Below are positions 29,765 to 44,469 of a DNA stretch of 64,000 nucleotides, one piece after another. The DNA lies in contig OZ024745.1 of the NCBI GenBank assembly GCA_964016885.1, positions 16,802,001-16,866,000 of the forward strand, in the 5' to 3' direction. Every line of letters begins with the position of its first letter. Positions within the stretch are counted from its first letter, which is position 1. This stretch comes from Eledone cirrhosa. Its lineage: Eukaryota. The position numbers and the translations under genes are program-made. The notes beneath the pieces were generated by a model. It saw only the letters and a program-made list of their open reading frames with translations. It made no database searches and was not told the origin of the DNA.

Positions 29765-30190
29765 TTACTACCACTACTACTACAACTACTCAGAAAGCAT
29801 CAAACAATTTCATGGTTCGTGCAAAAATGACTCGTTTTTCCCATCGCCTCTTTCCTTCCCACATCTATTTTTTCTTCTTCTCTCCATAAAATGAATGTAT
29901 CATTTATATATTTGGAAGTATGCACTACAGGACCCATGCATTCTGTATCTTTTGACATTTCCTCTAGACTGTCGTGGCATTATCCACAAACAAGGCTAAG
30001 AAGTGCTTGGGAACGGCTTGCTTTCCAATTTCCCTCTTCAGCTGAATATTCAATTAAATCTCGCCCTAAGTGCTTAAGGCATTGGAAGGAAACATGAAAG
30101 GAAGAATAGTATTTTGCTAAAATAACCAGGGAAGAAATCATATGAAATCTCTCTCTCTCTCTCTCTCATCTCTCCTCACTCTCTCTCTCG

Positions 30191-30222
<32 letters not shown>

Positions 30223-30224
30223 CA

Positions 30225-30268
<44 letters not shown>

Positions 30269-31389
30269 GTAATAATAATAAAATTGAAGACTAAAATCCA
30301 AAGAGGGCTCGATAAGGAAAATATATATCAAACATATAAGAACCGTAGAGCAAATATTTATTAAATAACAGATTAAAGTTTAAGCAAAGAATCGCTGCTT
30401 TCACCCTTAACGGGATCTTCTGAAACTAACAAAGTCAATCTGTAAACGCAGAACTGGATATTTCAAAAACGTTGCAACCGGAGGAAGACAGGAAGACGAT
30501 ACTTTGGTTCGTGGTAACGTTCGCTGGCAAAGAACGGGAAAAACGAATAATACGTCATTAATAGGAGCGGTGAAAAACAATTACGCGCAAAGACAAAACA
30601 CGTTTATGGTATAAAAGAGGTCGTAGACTAATGTTCTCTTAAGTGGTGCATAGAGACGTTCTCTGGCAATGAACGAAAAAACGAAGATAATAAGTCATAT
30701 GTGGAGCGTGGAGAACAATAGCACGCAAAAAACAAACACACGTAAATGGTATAGCAGAAATCGTAGACTAAAATTCTAACTAGGAGACCAAATGAATCTC
30801 CGCTACAGAGTTAAGAACAAAGTAAATAAATACAATACAGAAGTAATAGGAACAAATAAATACATACACGCAAACAGATATGTACATACACAAGCATACG
30901 CAAAACCTTACCATGGGTATACAAAACCACGCACATATAAATATGTGTGTGTGTGTATGTTTGTGTACAAATAAATAAATAATTATATAAACGTATATAA
31001 GTAAATAAATACGTATATAACAAGCGCACACGCATACCTACATATAAATACACGAATGTTCGGAGACGTAAGTCAACTAAACAAGAAGTACACATATACA
31101 CACACCCACCATACGTACGAACCTGCACACTTCACGCGGACGCAAAACTCCCGTATACACATAGCCAAACCCTAAATACCAGAATATGTAAAAATTATAC
31201 GCTATAACAGTCAAATATACGTACGAGAAGGTATACATACCTTCACAAAACATACGGGTAATATATACTTACCTATGCAAATACGTAAAGCAATAAACGA
31301 AACATATACTTAGCTCCCACATCAAGACGTAAAATATCCACGTATAGATCGTGCTATCCGTTAAGGTATAACGTGGGGCGGTAATACAG

Positions 31390-31545
31390 GAAAGTTTTGT
31401 GCAATTTATGTTTACAAGCCGAAATTGCCTCAGATTTTTGTTTAAGATGTGGTCTGTAGCGTAGAGTATTTCCAGGGCCTCAGCGGCGCAGAGGTCACAT
31501 GGTCTTTTATTTCCGTTATACGATCTAGCCCTAGCTAGGATCTTC
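31390..31545 (-). pseudogene. PLE GIY-YIG C-terminal remnant
   Basis: KILARARSYNGNKRPCDLCAAEALEILYATDHILNK; same CxLCxxE..LNK pattern as 8341 and 10694. Confidence 0.75.
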
Positions 31546-31803
31546 GTTTTTTCGTTCATTGCCAGAGAACGTCTCTATGCACCACTTAAGAGAACATTAG
31601 TCTACGACCTCTTTTATACCATAAACGTGGTTTTGTCTTTGCGCGTAATTGTTTTTCACCGCTCCTATTAATGACGTATTATTCGTTTTTTCCCGTTCTT
31701 TGCCAGCGAACGTTACCACGAACCAAAGTATCGTCTTCCTGTCTTCCTCCGGCTGCAACGTTTTTTGAAATATCCAGTTCTGCGTTTACAGATTGACTTT
31801 GTT

Positions 31804-31853
31804 AGTTTCAGAAGATCCCGTAAGGGTGAAAGCAGCGATTCTTTGCTTAAACT
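31804..31853 (+). ncRNA. hammerhead-like fold with CAGAAGA core
   Basis: agttt CAGAAGA tccc gtaa gggt GAAA gca gcgattctt tgc TT aaact. Copies at 30377-30427(-), 54268-54318(+) and ~53966-54015(-). Confidence 0.6.
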
Positions 31854-31871
31854 TAATCTGTTATTTTAATA

Positions 31872-31933
<62 letters not shown>

Positions 31934-32112
31934 CGAAGTAAATGTGGTAAGGAACCAGGTGGACCATAACGCACCAAAGTACTCAATACTTAGGATAGTA
32001 GAGTGGATAATAGGAACGAGTAGGACCAATAGATAGATAGATTGATATAGGTATATAGTTCAAGAGTAAACAAGACAAATAGAGATGACAAACACAGGGT
32101 CTATATATATAT

Positions 32113-32202
<90 letters not shown>

Positions 32203-32244
32203 GTACGTTATTCCGGGTTGAATCGGAGGTAACCACAGTAAGTA

Positions 32245-32422
32245 AGGTACTCAATACATAACAGAGTATAAAAGTGTTAATATAGATGATATTCTACAGG
32301 ACTAGAACTGTTTCATTCTTTAGAAATCATCAGGAATGATGATTTCTAAAGGATGAAACAGTTCTAGTCCTGTAGAATCTCATCGATATTAAAATTTTTA
32401 TACTCTGCTATGTAATGAGGGT

Positions 32423-32425
<3 letters not shown>
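32245..32425. mobile_element. fold-back element (~85 bp arms) with hammerhead core at the fold
   Basis: CAGAGTATAAAA...AGAAATCATCA gga a TGATGATTTCT...TTTTATACTCTG. Minus strand reads CTGATGA tttctaaagaat GAAA cagttctag TC ctgtag; the 5' strand of stem I is lost at the inversion. Confidence 0.8.
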
Positions 32426-32468
<43 letters not shown>

Positions 32469-32506
32469 ACCCTGTGTTATTCATCTCTATATATATATAT
32501 ATATAC

Positions 32507-32562
<56 letters not shown>

Positions 32563-33379
32563 TTATGTATATATGTTTGTATGTATGCATGTATGTATGT
32601 GTGTATGTATGTGTGTATGTATGTGTATATATATAGGGAGAGAACGAGGGAGTAATTAGTGACAATGTATTTAATATTAGAAATAAAAAATATAATACTT
32701 AAGGTTGCAAATATATTGAAGAGAAATTTATTTGGTTAGCTTTAATGATTATGTCTTCTATAAACAAAACATTGGCAAATAACACACAGGCACACTCAGA
32801 TGCACATATATGTAGAGAAATAGATCAATGAGTAGATACGTTAGAAGATTATATTGATATATATATATATATATACAAAGATAGATAGTGAGTGTGCGAT
32901 TGTGTATTTGGATGCGCATTTGTCAGTTATTTCTATGTAAGTGGGTGCGTACGATTGTGTCTGTGTCGGAGTATCCCCGTGTAATCCAGTTCAGAAAAGT
33001 GGTGGAGGCTCGTTGTACAATGCCACAAAATGTTTCATCAGAGCGGAAGTAGGCGAAGAGGAGGGAAGTGAGAGATGGTGTGAGGCACAAACATGACTTT
33101 TTCATCCTATCTAGGACTTAGATTCAATTCTACATATGCTACAGGGAAAGAAAAAAGAAACAGATGCATTCATGCCACAGACGTATAGATCAAATGATGC
33201 CTGTGATTGAAGCTTTTTAAGTGAAGAAAAGCCTTGCAAAGGGCAACAGTTGCAGGTATTCAAAAGTAACATCAGGTCAATCTCATTGGCCCCACTCGAG
33301 TCACAGATTTTACGTCAGTTTTCTTTTTCCTAGAATGATATCCTAACAAGGACTAAGAGTCCCTCACACACCCACAGGG

Positions 33380-33660
33380 CTAGAGTACTGAGGTCGATTT
33401 AATTGAATATCCTCTTCCCCCAAATTGTTGTCCTTTTTTACCAAAATTAGAAACCTTTATTATTGTTATTGGTAGAGCATGGGACAACATGCTTTGTAGC
33501 ATAGAATTACCATTCTAATCGTGCCGATGTTAGCTTTGCCTTTCACCCTAATGGGATCGATAATTAACGCACCAGGAGAGTATTAGGTTCGATTTAAGCG
33601 ACTTCCGATATACCTTCATATTGCTAGACATGTACCAAAAGGAGAAACAATTATTATTAT
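33380..33660 (+). mobile_element. two diverged SINE fragments immediately before the minisatellite
   Basis: GTACTGAGGTCGATTTAATTGA..CCAAAATTAGAAACC, then GGTAGAGC..TTTGCCTTTCACCCTAATGGGATCGATAA..CCAAAAGGAGAAACAATTATTATT. Confidence 0.65.
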
Positions 33661-33668
33661 CATCTTGA

Positions 33669-36600
33669 ACACAACCACCACCAGCACCTCTACAAACACC
33701 AGCACCTCTACAACCACCACCACCACCACCAGCACCTCTACAACCACCAGCACCAGCACCTCTACAACCACCAGCACCAGCACCTCTACAAACACCAGCA
33801 CCAGCACCACTACAACCACCAGCACCAGCACCTCTACAACCACCACCACCAGCCCCTCTACAAACAGCAGCACCAGCACCACTACAACCACCAGCACCAG
33901 CACCACTACAACCATCACCACCAGCACCTCTACAACCACCAGCACCAGCACCTCTACAAACACCAGCACCAGCACCTCTACAACCACCAGCACCACTACA
34001 ACCACCAGCACCAGCGCCTCTATAACCACCAGCATCAGCACCTCTACAACCACCACCACCAGCACCTCTACAACCACCAGCACCAGCACCACTACAACCA
34101 CCAGCACCAGCACCTCTACAACCACCAGCACCAGCACCTCTATAACCACCAGCATCAGCACCTCTACAACCACCACCACCAGCACCACTACAACCACCAG
34201 CACCAGCGCCTCTATAACCACCAGCATCAGCACCTCTACAACCACCACCACCAGCACCTCTAAAACCACCAGCACCTCTACAACCACCAGCACCAGCACC
34301 ACTACAACCACCACCACCAGCACCTCTACAACCACCAGCACCAGCACCTCTACAAACACCAGCACCAGCACCTCTACAACCACCACCACCACTACAATCA
34401 CCAGCACCAGCGCCTCTATAACCACCAGCATCAGCACCTCTACAACCACCACCACCAGCACCTCTACAACCACCAGCACCACTACAACCACCAGCACCTC
34501 TACAACCACCAGCACCAGCACCTCTACAAACACCAGCACCTCTACAACCACCAGCACCAACACCACTACAACCACCACCACCAACACCACTACAACCACC
34601 ACCACCAGCACCTCTACAACCACCACCACCAGCACCTCTACAACCACCACCACCAGCACCTCTACAACCACCAGCACCAACACAACTACAACCACCACCA
34701 CCACCAACACCACTACAACCACCACCACCAGCACCTCTACAACCACCACCACCAGCACCTCTACAACCACCACCACCAGCACCTCTACAACCACCAGCAC
34801 AACACCTCTACAACCACCACCACCAACACCACTACGACCACCACCACCAGCACCTCTACAACCACCACCACCAGCACCTCTACAACCACCAGCACCAGCA
34901 CCACTACAACCACCAGCACCAGCACCTCTACAACCAACAACACCAGCACCTCTACAACCACCAGCACCAGCACCTCTACAACCACCAGCACCAGCACCAC
35001 TACAACCACCACCACCAGCACCACTACAACCACCAGCACCAGCACCTCTACAACCACCAACACCAGCACCTCTACAACCACCAGCACCAGCACCAATACA
35101 ACCACCACCACCAACTCCACTACAACCACCAGCACCAGCACCTCTACAACCAGCACCACCAGCACCACTACAACCACCACCACCAACACCACTACAACCA
35201 CCAGCACCAGCACCTCTACAACCAACAACACCAGCACCTCTACAACCACCAGCACCAGCACCACTACAACCACCACCACCAACACCACTACAACCACCAG
35301 CACCAGCACCTCTACAACCACCAGCACCAGCACCACTACAACCACCAGCACCAGCACCACTACAACCACCATCACCAACACCTCTACAACCACCACCACC
35401 ACCAGCACCTCTACAACCACCACCACCAACACCTCTACAACCACCAGCACCAGCACCTGTACAACCACCAGCACCAGCACCTCTACAACCACCAGCACCA
35501 GCACCTCTACAACCACCAGCACCAGCACCTCTCCAACCACCACCACCAACTCCACTACAACCACCACCACCAACTCCACTACAACCACCACCACCAGCAC
35601 CTCTACAACCACCACCACCAGCACCTCTACAACCACCACCACCAGCACCACTACAACCACCAGCACCTCTACACCCACCAGCACCAGCACCTCTACACCC
35701 ACCAGCACCAGCACCTCTACAACCACCACCACCAACTCCACTACAACCACCAGCACCACTACAACCACCACCACCAGCACCTCTACAACCACCACCACCA
35801 ACTCCACTACAACCACCACCACCAACTCCACTACAACCACCACCACCAGCACCTCTACAACCACCACCACCAGCACCTCTACAACCACCACCACCAGCAC
35901 CTCTACAACCACCAGCACCAGCACCTCTACAACCACCACCACCAGCACCACTACAACCACCAGCATCTCTACACCCACCAGCACCAGCACCTCTACAACC
36001 ACCAGCACCTCTACAACCACCACCACCAGCAACTCTACAACCAGCACCACCAATACCACTACAACCACCACACACCAGCAACTCTACACCCACCAGGACC
36101 AGCATCTCTACAACCACCAGCACCAGCACCTTTACAACCACCAGCACCAGCACCTTTACAACCACCAGCACCTCTACAACCACCACCACCAGCAACTCTA
36201 CAACCACCACAACCAGCACCTCTACAACCACCACCACCAGCAACTCTACAACCACCACCACCAATACCACTACAACCACCAGCACCAGCACCTCTACAAC
36301 CACCAACACCAGCACCTCTACAACCACCACCACCAACTCCACTACAACCACCACCACCATCACCTCTACAACCAACAGCACCAGCACCTCTACAACCACC
36401 ACCACCAACTCCACTACAACCACAACCACCAGCAACTCTACAACCACCACCACCAGCAACTCTACAACCACCACAACCAGCACCTCTACAACCACCACCA
36501 CCAGCAACTCTACAACCACCACCACCAATACCACTACAACCACCAGCACCAGCACCTCTACAACCACCACCACCAGCGCCTCTACAACCAACACCACCAA

Positions 36601-39600
36601 CTCCACTACAACCACCACCACCATCACCTCTACAACCAACAGCACCAGCACCTCTACAACCACCACCACCAACTCCACTACAACCACCACCACCAGCAAC
36701 TCTACAACCACCACCACCAGCACCTCTACAACCACCACCACCAGCACCACTACAACCACCACCACCAACTCCACAACAACCACCAGCACCTCTACAACCA
36801 CCACCACCAGCACCTCTACAACCACCAGCACCTCTACAACCACCACCACCAACTCCACTACAACCACCACCACCAGCAACTCTACAACCACCACCACCAG
36901 CACCTCTACAACCACCACCACCAGCACCACTACAACCACCACCACCAACTCCACTACAACCACCACCACCATCAACTCTACAACCACCACCACCAACTCC
37001 ACTACAACCACCACCACCAACTCCACTACAACCACCACCACCAGCACCTCTACAACCACCACCACCAGCACCTCTACAACCACCACCACCAGCACCTCTA
37101 CAACCACCACCACCAACTCCACTACAACCACCACCACCAGCAACTCTACAACCACCAGCACCTCTACAACCACCACCACCAACTCCACTACAACCACCAG
37201 CACCAGCACCTCTACAACCACCAGCACCAGCACCTCTACAACCACCAGCACCTCTACACCCACCAGCACCTCTATAACCACCACCACCAACACCACTACA
37301 ACCACCAGCACCAGCACCTCTACAACCACCAGCACCAGCCCCTCTACAACCACCACCACCAACTCCACTACAACCACCACCACCAACTCCACTACAACCA
37401 CCACCACCAGCACCTCTACAACCACCACCACCAGCACCTCTACAACCACCACCACCAGCACCTCTACAACCACCACCACCAACTCCACTACAACCACCAC
37501 CACCAGCAACTCTACAACCACCAGCACCTCTACAACCACCAACACCAGCACATCTACAACCACCAGCACCAGCACCTCTACAACCACCACCACCAGCACC
37601 TCTACAACCACCACCACCAGCACGACTACAAACACCACCACCAGCACCTCTACAACCACCACCACCAGCACCTCTACAACCACCACCACCAACTCCACTA
37701 CAACCACCACCACCAACTCCACTACAACCACCAGCACCAGCCCCTCTACAACCACCAGCACCAGCACCTCTACAACTAGCAGCACCAGCACCTCTACAAC
37801 CACCAGCACCAGCCCCTCTACAACCACCAGCACCAGCACCTTTACAACCACCACCACCAGCACCTCTACAACTACCAGCACCAGCACCTCTACAACCACC
37901 AGCACCAGCCCCTCTACAAACACCAGCACCAGCACCACTACAACCACCAGCACCAGCACCTCTACAACCACCAGCACCTCTACACCCACCAGCACCAGCA
38001 TCACTACAACCACCAGCCCCTCTACAACCACAAGCACCAGCATCACTACAACCACCAGCACCTCTACACCCACCAGCACCTCTACAACCACCACCACCAG
38101 CACCACTACAACCACCAGCACCAGCACCACTACAACCACCAGCACCAGCACCTCTACAACCACCAGTACCAGCCCCTCTACAACCACCAGCACCAGTACC
38201 TCTACAACCACCAGCACCAGCACCTCTACAACCACCACCACCAGCACATCTACAACTACCAGCACCAGCCCCTCTACAACCACCAGCACCAGTACCTCTA
38301 CAACCACCAGCACCAGCGCCTTTACAAACACCAACACCAGCACCACTACAACCACCAGCACCAGCACCTTTACAAACACCAACACCAGCACCTTTACAAC
38401 CACCAGCACCTCTACAACCACCAACACCAGCACCTCTACACCCACCAGCACCAGCACCTCTACAACCACCAGCACCAACACCTCTACACCCACCAGCACA
38501 GAGCACCTCTACACCCACCAACACCAGCACCTCTACAACCACCACCACCAGCACCTCTACAACCACCAGCACCAGCACCTCTACAACCACCAACACCAGC
38601 ACCTCTACAACCACCAGCACCAGCACCTCTACAACCACCAGCACCAGCACCTCTACAACCACCACCAACAGCACCACTACAACCACCAGCACCAGCACCT
38701 CTACAACCACCAGCACCAGCACCTCTACAACCACCAGCACCAGCACCTCTACAACCACCAGCACCAGCACCTCTACAACCACCAGCACCAGCACCTCTAC
38801 AACCACCAACACCAGCAACTCTACAACCACCAGCACCAACACCACTACAACCACCACCACCAGCACCTCTACAACCACCAGCACCAGCACCTCTACAACC
38901 ACCAACACCAGCATCACTACAACCACCAGCACCAGCACCAATACAACCACCAGCACCAGCACCTCTACAACCACCAGCACCAGCACCTCTACAACCACCA
39001 CCACCAATACCACTACAACCTCCAGCACCAGCATCACTACAACCACCAGCACCACTACAACCACCAGCACCAGCACCTCTACAACCACCAACACCAGCAC
39101 CTCTACAATCACCACCACCAGCAGCTCTACAACCACCAGCACCAGCACCTCTACAACCACCAACACCAGCACCTCTACAACCACCAGCACCAACACCACT
39201 ACAACCACCACCACCAGCACCTCTACAACCAACACCTCCAACACCACTACAACCACCACCACCAGCACCACTACAACCACCAGCACCAGCACCTCTACAA
39301 ACACCAGCACCAGCACCTCTACAACCACCAGCACCAACACCACTACAACCACCACCACCAGCACCACTACAACCACCAGCACCAGCACTTCTACAACCAC
39401 CAGCACCAGCACCTCTACAACCACTAGCACCAGCACCTCTACAACCACCAGCACCAGCACCTCTACAACCACCAGCACCAGCACTTCTACAACCACCACC
39501 ACCAGCACCACTACAACCACCAACACCAGCACCACTACAACCACCACCACCAGCACCTCTACAACCACCAGCACCAGCATCTCTACAACCACCAGCACCT

Positions 39601-40987
39601 CTACAACCACCAGCACCAACACCACTACAACCACCACCACCAGCACCACTACAACCACCAGCACCAGCACCACTACAACCACCACCACCAGCACCACTAC
39701 AACCACCACCACCAGCACCTCTACAACCACCACCACCAGCACCACTACAACCACCACCACCAGCACCTCTACAACCACCACCACCAGCACCACTACAACC
39801 ACCAGCACCAGCACCTCTCCAATCACCACCACCAGCGCCTCTACAACCACCACCACCAGCACCACTACAACCACCACCACCAGCACCTCTACAACCACCA
39901 CCAGCACCACTACAACCACCAGCACCAGCACCTCTACAACCACCAGCACCAGCACCTATACAACCACCAGCACCTCTATAACCACCAGCACCAGCACCAC
40001 TACAACCACCAGCACCTCTACAACCACTACCACCTCTACAACCACCAGCACCAGCGCCTCTATAACCACCACCACTAGCATCACTACAACCACCACCACC
40101 AGCAGCTCTACAACCACCACCACCAGCACCAATACAACCACCAGCACCAGCACCTCTACAACCACCAGCACCAGCACCAATACAACCACCAGCACCAGCA
40201 CCTCTACAACCACCAGCACCAGCACCTCTACAACCACCAGCACCAGCACCTCTACAACCACCACCACCAGCACCAATACAACCACCAGCACCTCTACAAC
40301 CACCAGCACCAGCACCACTACACCCACCAGCACCAACACCTCTACAACCACCAGCACCTCTACAACCACCAGCACCAGCACCTCTACAACCACCAGCACC
40401 AGCACCTCTACAACCACCAACACCAGCACCTCTACAACCACCACCACCAGCACCACTACAACCACCAACACCAGCACCTCTACAACCACCAGCACCAGCA
40501 CCTCTACAACCACCAGCACCATCACCTCTACAACCACCAGCACCAGCACCTCTACAACCACCACCACCATCACCAATACAACCACCAGCACCAATACAAC
40601 CACCAGCACCAGCACCTCTACAACCACCACCACCAGCACCAGCACCTCTACAACCACCAACACCAGCACCTCTACAACCACCAACACCAACACCTCTACA
40701 ACCACCAGCACCAGCACCTCTACAACCACCACCACCAGCACCTCTACAACCACCACCACCAACACCACTACAACCACCACCACCAATACCACTACAACCA
40801 CCAGCACCAGCATCACTACAACCACCAGCACCAGCAACTATACAACCACCAGCACCAGCAACTATACAACCACCAGCACCAGCACCTATACAACCACCAG
40901 CACCAGCACCTCTACAACCACCAGCACCAGCACCTATACAACCACCAGCACCAGCACCTCTACAACCACCTGCACCAGCGCCTCTAC
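33669..40987. repeat. 7.3 kb triplet-structured minisatellite, unit ~(TCT/ACT)ACA(ACC)n(AGC/AAC)ACC; Thr/Ser-rich if translated
   Basis: Continuous array of 18-27 nt units on a strongly C/A-rich plus strand. The triplet register shifts near 34798, 36070, 38497 and 39957. Confidence 0.95.
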
Positions 40988-42255
40988 TATTGTAATCATC
41001 ATCAACAATACAATTACATTAATTTATGTGACGTTTGCTATGAATCTTTAAATCCACCAGCTTTTAAAACCAACAGTTATTTTAAAGAAATAATTGCTAT
41101 AAAATAAATTTATCTCAGAATTATTTATTTCATCATTGTTTATTTTTAAAGATGTCTGATAAATTAGTAAGACGGTGAAGGTTTTGGAATCTTCTATAAT
41201 ATTACTGCTGGTTCAATTAGGCAGTCTAGTCAAACGAATGTCTTGTCATGACAGAGATCAAATTTAAGAGAAAATAAAGTATAAATTATGTAGAAAGTTT
41301 GACAGAGAGAGTAATACTAATTTTGTATAGATCAAACTTCATGTCTTAGTTGCTAGTTAATATGACAAATTATTGTTGGAAAGGTTAATACGAGGCAGCA
41401 AATTTATTTTCAACTCTCGCCTATTGTGGAATTAATTTTTTTTAATGGGTGATTTTTGTGTGCAGCGTAATTTTAATATTTCCGTTGTTTATCTTTTAGA
41501 CCTTCAGAATGTGTATTCTATAAAATGTTCAGATGTTATCTGAATGATTTTGAATTCATAACTCATTTTCTATTATTACATTTGTCCTATCAGTTTCTAG
41601 TAGAATAATATCTCATCGTGAATTTTAATTTAAAATAGAAATATCCAAGTACAACGTTGAGACAAAGTATAGATCATTAACTATATTATATTATTTTGCG
41701 TTGTTTGTTTTATTAAAAATAAACAATAATTGATACAGCTTTTCCTTGAATATTCTCATATATTACATCCAGAAAAAACAAAAACAAAAAAACAAAACAA
41801 AATAAATAACACAAATCCTTAATATTATAAAATAAATAAAACATCTATTATATTTGATTATGCTTGAAATTAATATTATATTTATGTGAAAAATAAGAAT
41901 AAATTTTAGGATTTGATTAGGTACAAATCACATATGCTATAATGGAAAAATGTATGTAAACGCTATAGCATGCATGTTTTCGTAATGGCATTGGCGATGG
42001 TAGGTGAAGTGGTTTCTGACGTGGATTAAATTCGCATCACAATACGATTGTCAAACATAAACATGAATATCAATATTAAATTGGATATATTTATGAATAC
42101 AGTCACACGATCGATACAATCATTTGTATAACTTAAATGAATAAATTACTTTATTAGTAATATAGGCGATCCGCTTAAAACTGATTAACTAATATAACAA
42201 TGCGTATGTGAGTATGTAACGACAGCTATCGAGGTATCAAATATTATCTCCATTA

Positions 42256-42294
42256 GTCTCTTGAAAAGGGTGTCTAGGCCCGAAATATTGAAAT
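42256..42294 (+). ncRNA. isolated degenerate hammerhead (U3-A8 variant)
   Basis: gtctc TTGAAAA gggtgtctaggccc GAAA ta TT gaaat; one mismatch in stem I. Confidence 0.4.
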
Positions 42295-44405
42295 ACAAAG
42301 TTAAAATGGAATCATTTTGCTTTATTTCATTGTGCTTTTGCTTCCGATCCATTATTCCTAAAATGCACTGTGTTGGCCTTCTGAAACAATATTAGCAATA
42401 TAAACCTCTTTAATCACGTGTGCTATACTACTCACACATTACAGCTTTTCTCATATATTCTGTGCTAAATTAATCAAGACATGAAACCTGTTCTATAGCT
42501 TAGATTATCTGAAATGACAAATACCAGTAAACGTGGTATATTTCAATAAGAAACAAAATGGATGTGATTTACTCTTCAATCAAAATAATTGCGAATAGTA
42601 AGTTTCATGTAAAGCGGTGACTTGGCCAAATCTTTACAAAGTTGGATAGAATGATATAGGGTGTTCGTTTTGATTCTATGTGCCCTAAGATAATATTTCC
42701 ATGAAGCCAAGTTGGTCTTTCAGCCTTTCGAAGTCGATAAAGGACCAATCTAGTCTCTCACTTAATGACCATACGTTCCGTTTCGTTTTACTCTGTTACT
42801 CCCTGGAGTTAGTTTTAGACAGTAATGAGTTCTACTGGGATTTAAATTCTTAATAGAAGCCCTAGATCACTATAGTGCAGTTATGACACCGTCAGTATTT
42901 CTGTGTGGATGGATAGGTAAATGAATGTTACTTTCAGGTAATAAGCTGATCCAACATAAAACATATTTAGCTTTTATGTTTCAATATCTGTTCTAACAGT
43001 GAATGATACAACAAAACATGCTGTCAAATATAGTAAAAAATGATGACTATTACACTGTTTTATAATTATACGGATTACTATGTGTTATATATTAATTCAC
43101 AGCTAGAAATCTTTTAATTTAAATAGTATCAGTATTATAATTCCATGCCTTATGTTCAGATAGAGCAGGTATATTACAAAAATAAACACATTAATAATTT
43201 ACACAGATGAAACTATACACACCTTCATCCATGTTAGATAATGTAGAAATAACAATAATTAAAGGTTTAATGATATGTTATATTTGGCAAACATATCCAA
43301 TGTAAGGCCATGTTATAATAGTGTATAACATGATTAAATTTATTAGGCAGAAATATATAATGAACAATATATTTCTCAATATTATAAGTAAGATAAGGAT
43401 GAGTCACATGCCAAAAATTAATGAACTTCAGCATTTATTAGGACACATATGAATAATAATTCTGAATATTTTAAGTTTAACCAGCATAGATAACAAAACT
43501 ACTATGCATTTGGTGGCAACAACTCAAGAAACTACATCTCAGGTTTTAAATATTTCATCACTGATTCGTATATTTGACATGCTATTACATATATAATAAA
43601 TATTTATACTACATCACCTTGTTATATTGTCAATCGATCAAAATAAGCTTGGTTAAGAAGGTAATGAAACACCGAAATATGACATGTTTTCACCAGCTGA
43701 TTCCAATTCTCAATCCAGTGCCATTATATGATTTTGTTTGATTTTCAAATATTTTAAAGAAAATGATTTTGATTGAGTTTTCAGATGTCCCAACACCCAT
43801 AAATATTACGTAACCTATTAATTGAAAGAATTATGAACAACACATCATTTCAACTGAAAACATTACATATGTAAAAACTCCTACCATCATTTCTTAGTGT
43901 AATCTATTTATTCTCTATTCCCACGGTGAGATTTTACAACTGACAGCCTTTCTTCATGCAAACATTCCTATATATATTAGCAGAAAACATCGCCCAAACA
44001 AAGTAGAAAATAATTAGTGTATTGTCAGACAACAGACAACATTCATGAATTCTGTCATGAGGTAAACACCATGAAGTGGATATTACATATTTTATGCTAT
44101 ACGATCATTTCACTGACACATAAAATGTACGGTAGTGGCATTTCTTATTATAATAGAATGCAGAGACTGCAGGAATATCAAGAGAATGTGATGTCTGAAT
44201 AATTGAGTAGGCGGAGTTTGATATGTTGAATGGGGAACAATACAGTTGGATGGAAGAGGAAATTATGATGACGATAATCTACTGCATGACATATAAAGAA
44301 TTCTACAATACAAAGAAATATCATGAATTTCATTTTTTTAAAAATCGCGTATACACATTCATAAATATCTACTACTACTATTACTACTACTACTACTACT
44401 ACTAT

Positions 44406-44467
<62 letters not shown>

Positions 44468-44469
44468 TA

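Larger units (their letters stand above)
30270..31878 (-). mobile_element. 5'-truncated Penelope-like element with inverted pseudo-LTR
   Basis: Arms 30354-30688 and 31540-31878 are inverted. A GIY-YIG remnant starts at the inner edge of the right arm. (TA)n on both sides. Confidence 0.85.

Noticed and set aside
33616-40837. Giant ORFs (1920, 1627, 1298, 428 and 293 aa) as Pro/Gln-, His-, Val- or Gly/Cys-rich proteins
   Set aside because: They are alternative frames and strands of one minisatellite whose composition rarely yields stops. The apparent domains switch exactly at register breaks.
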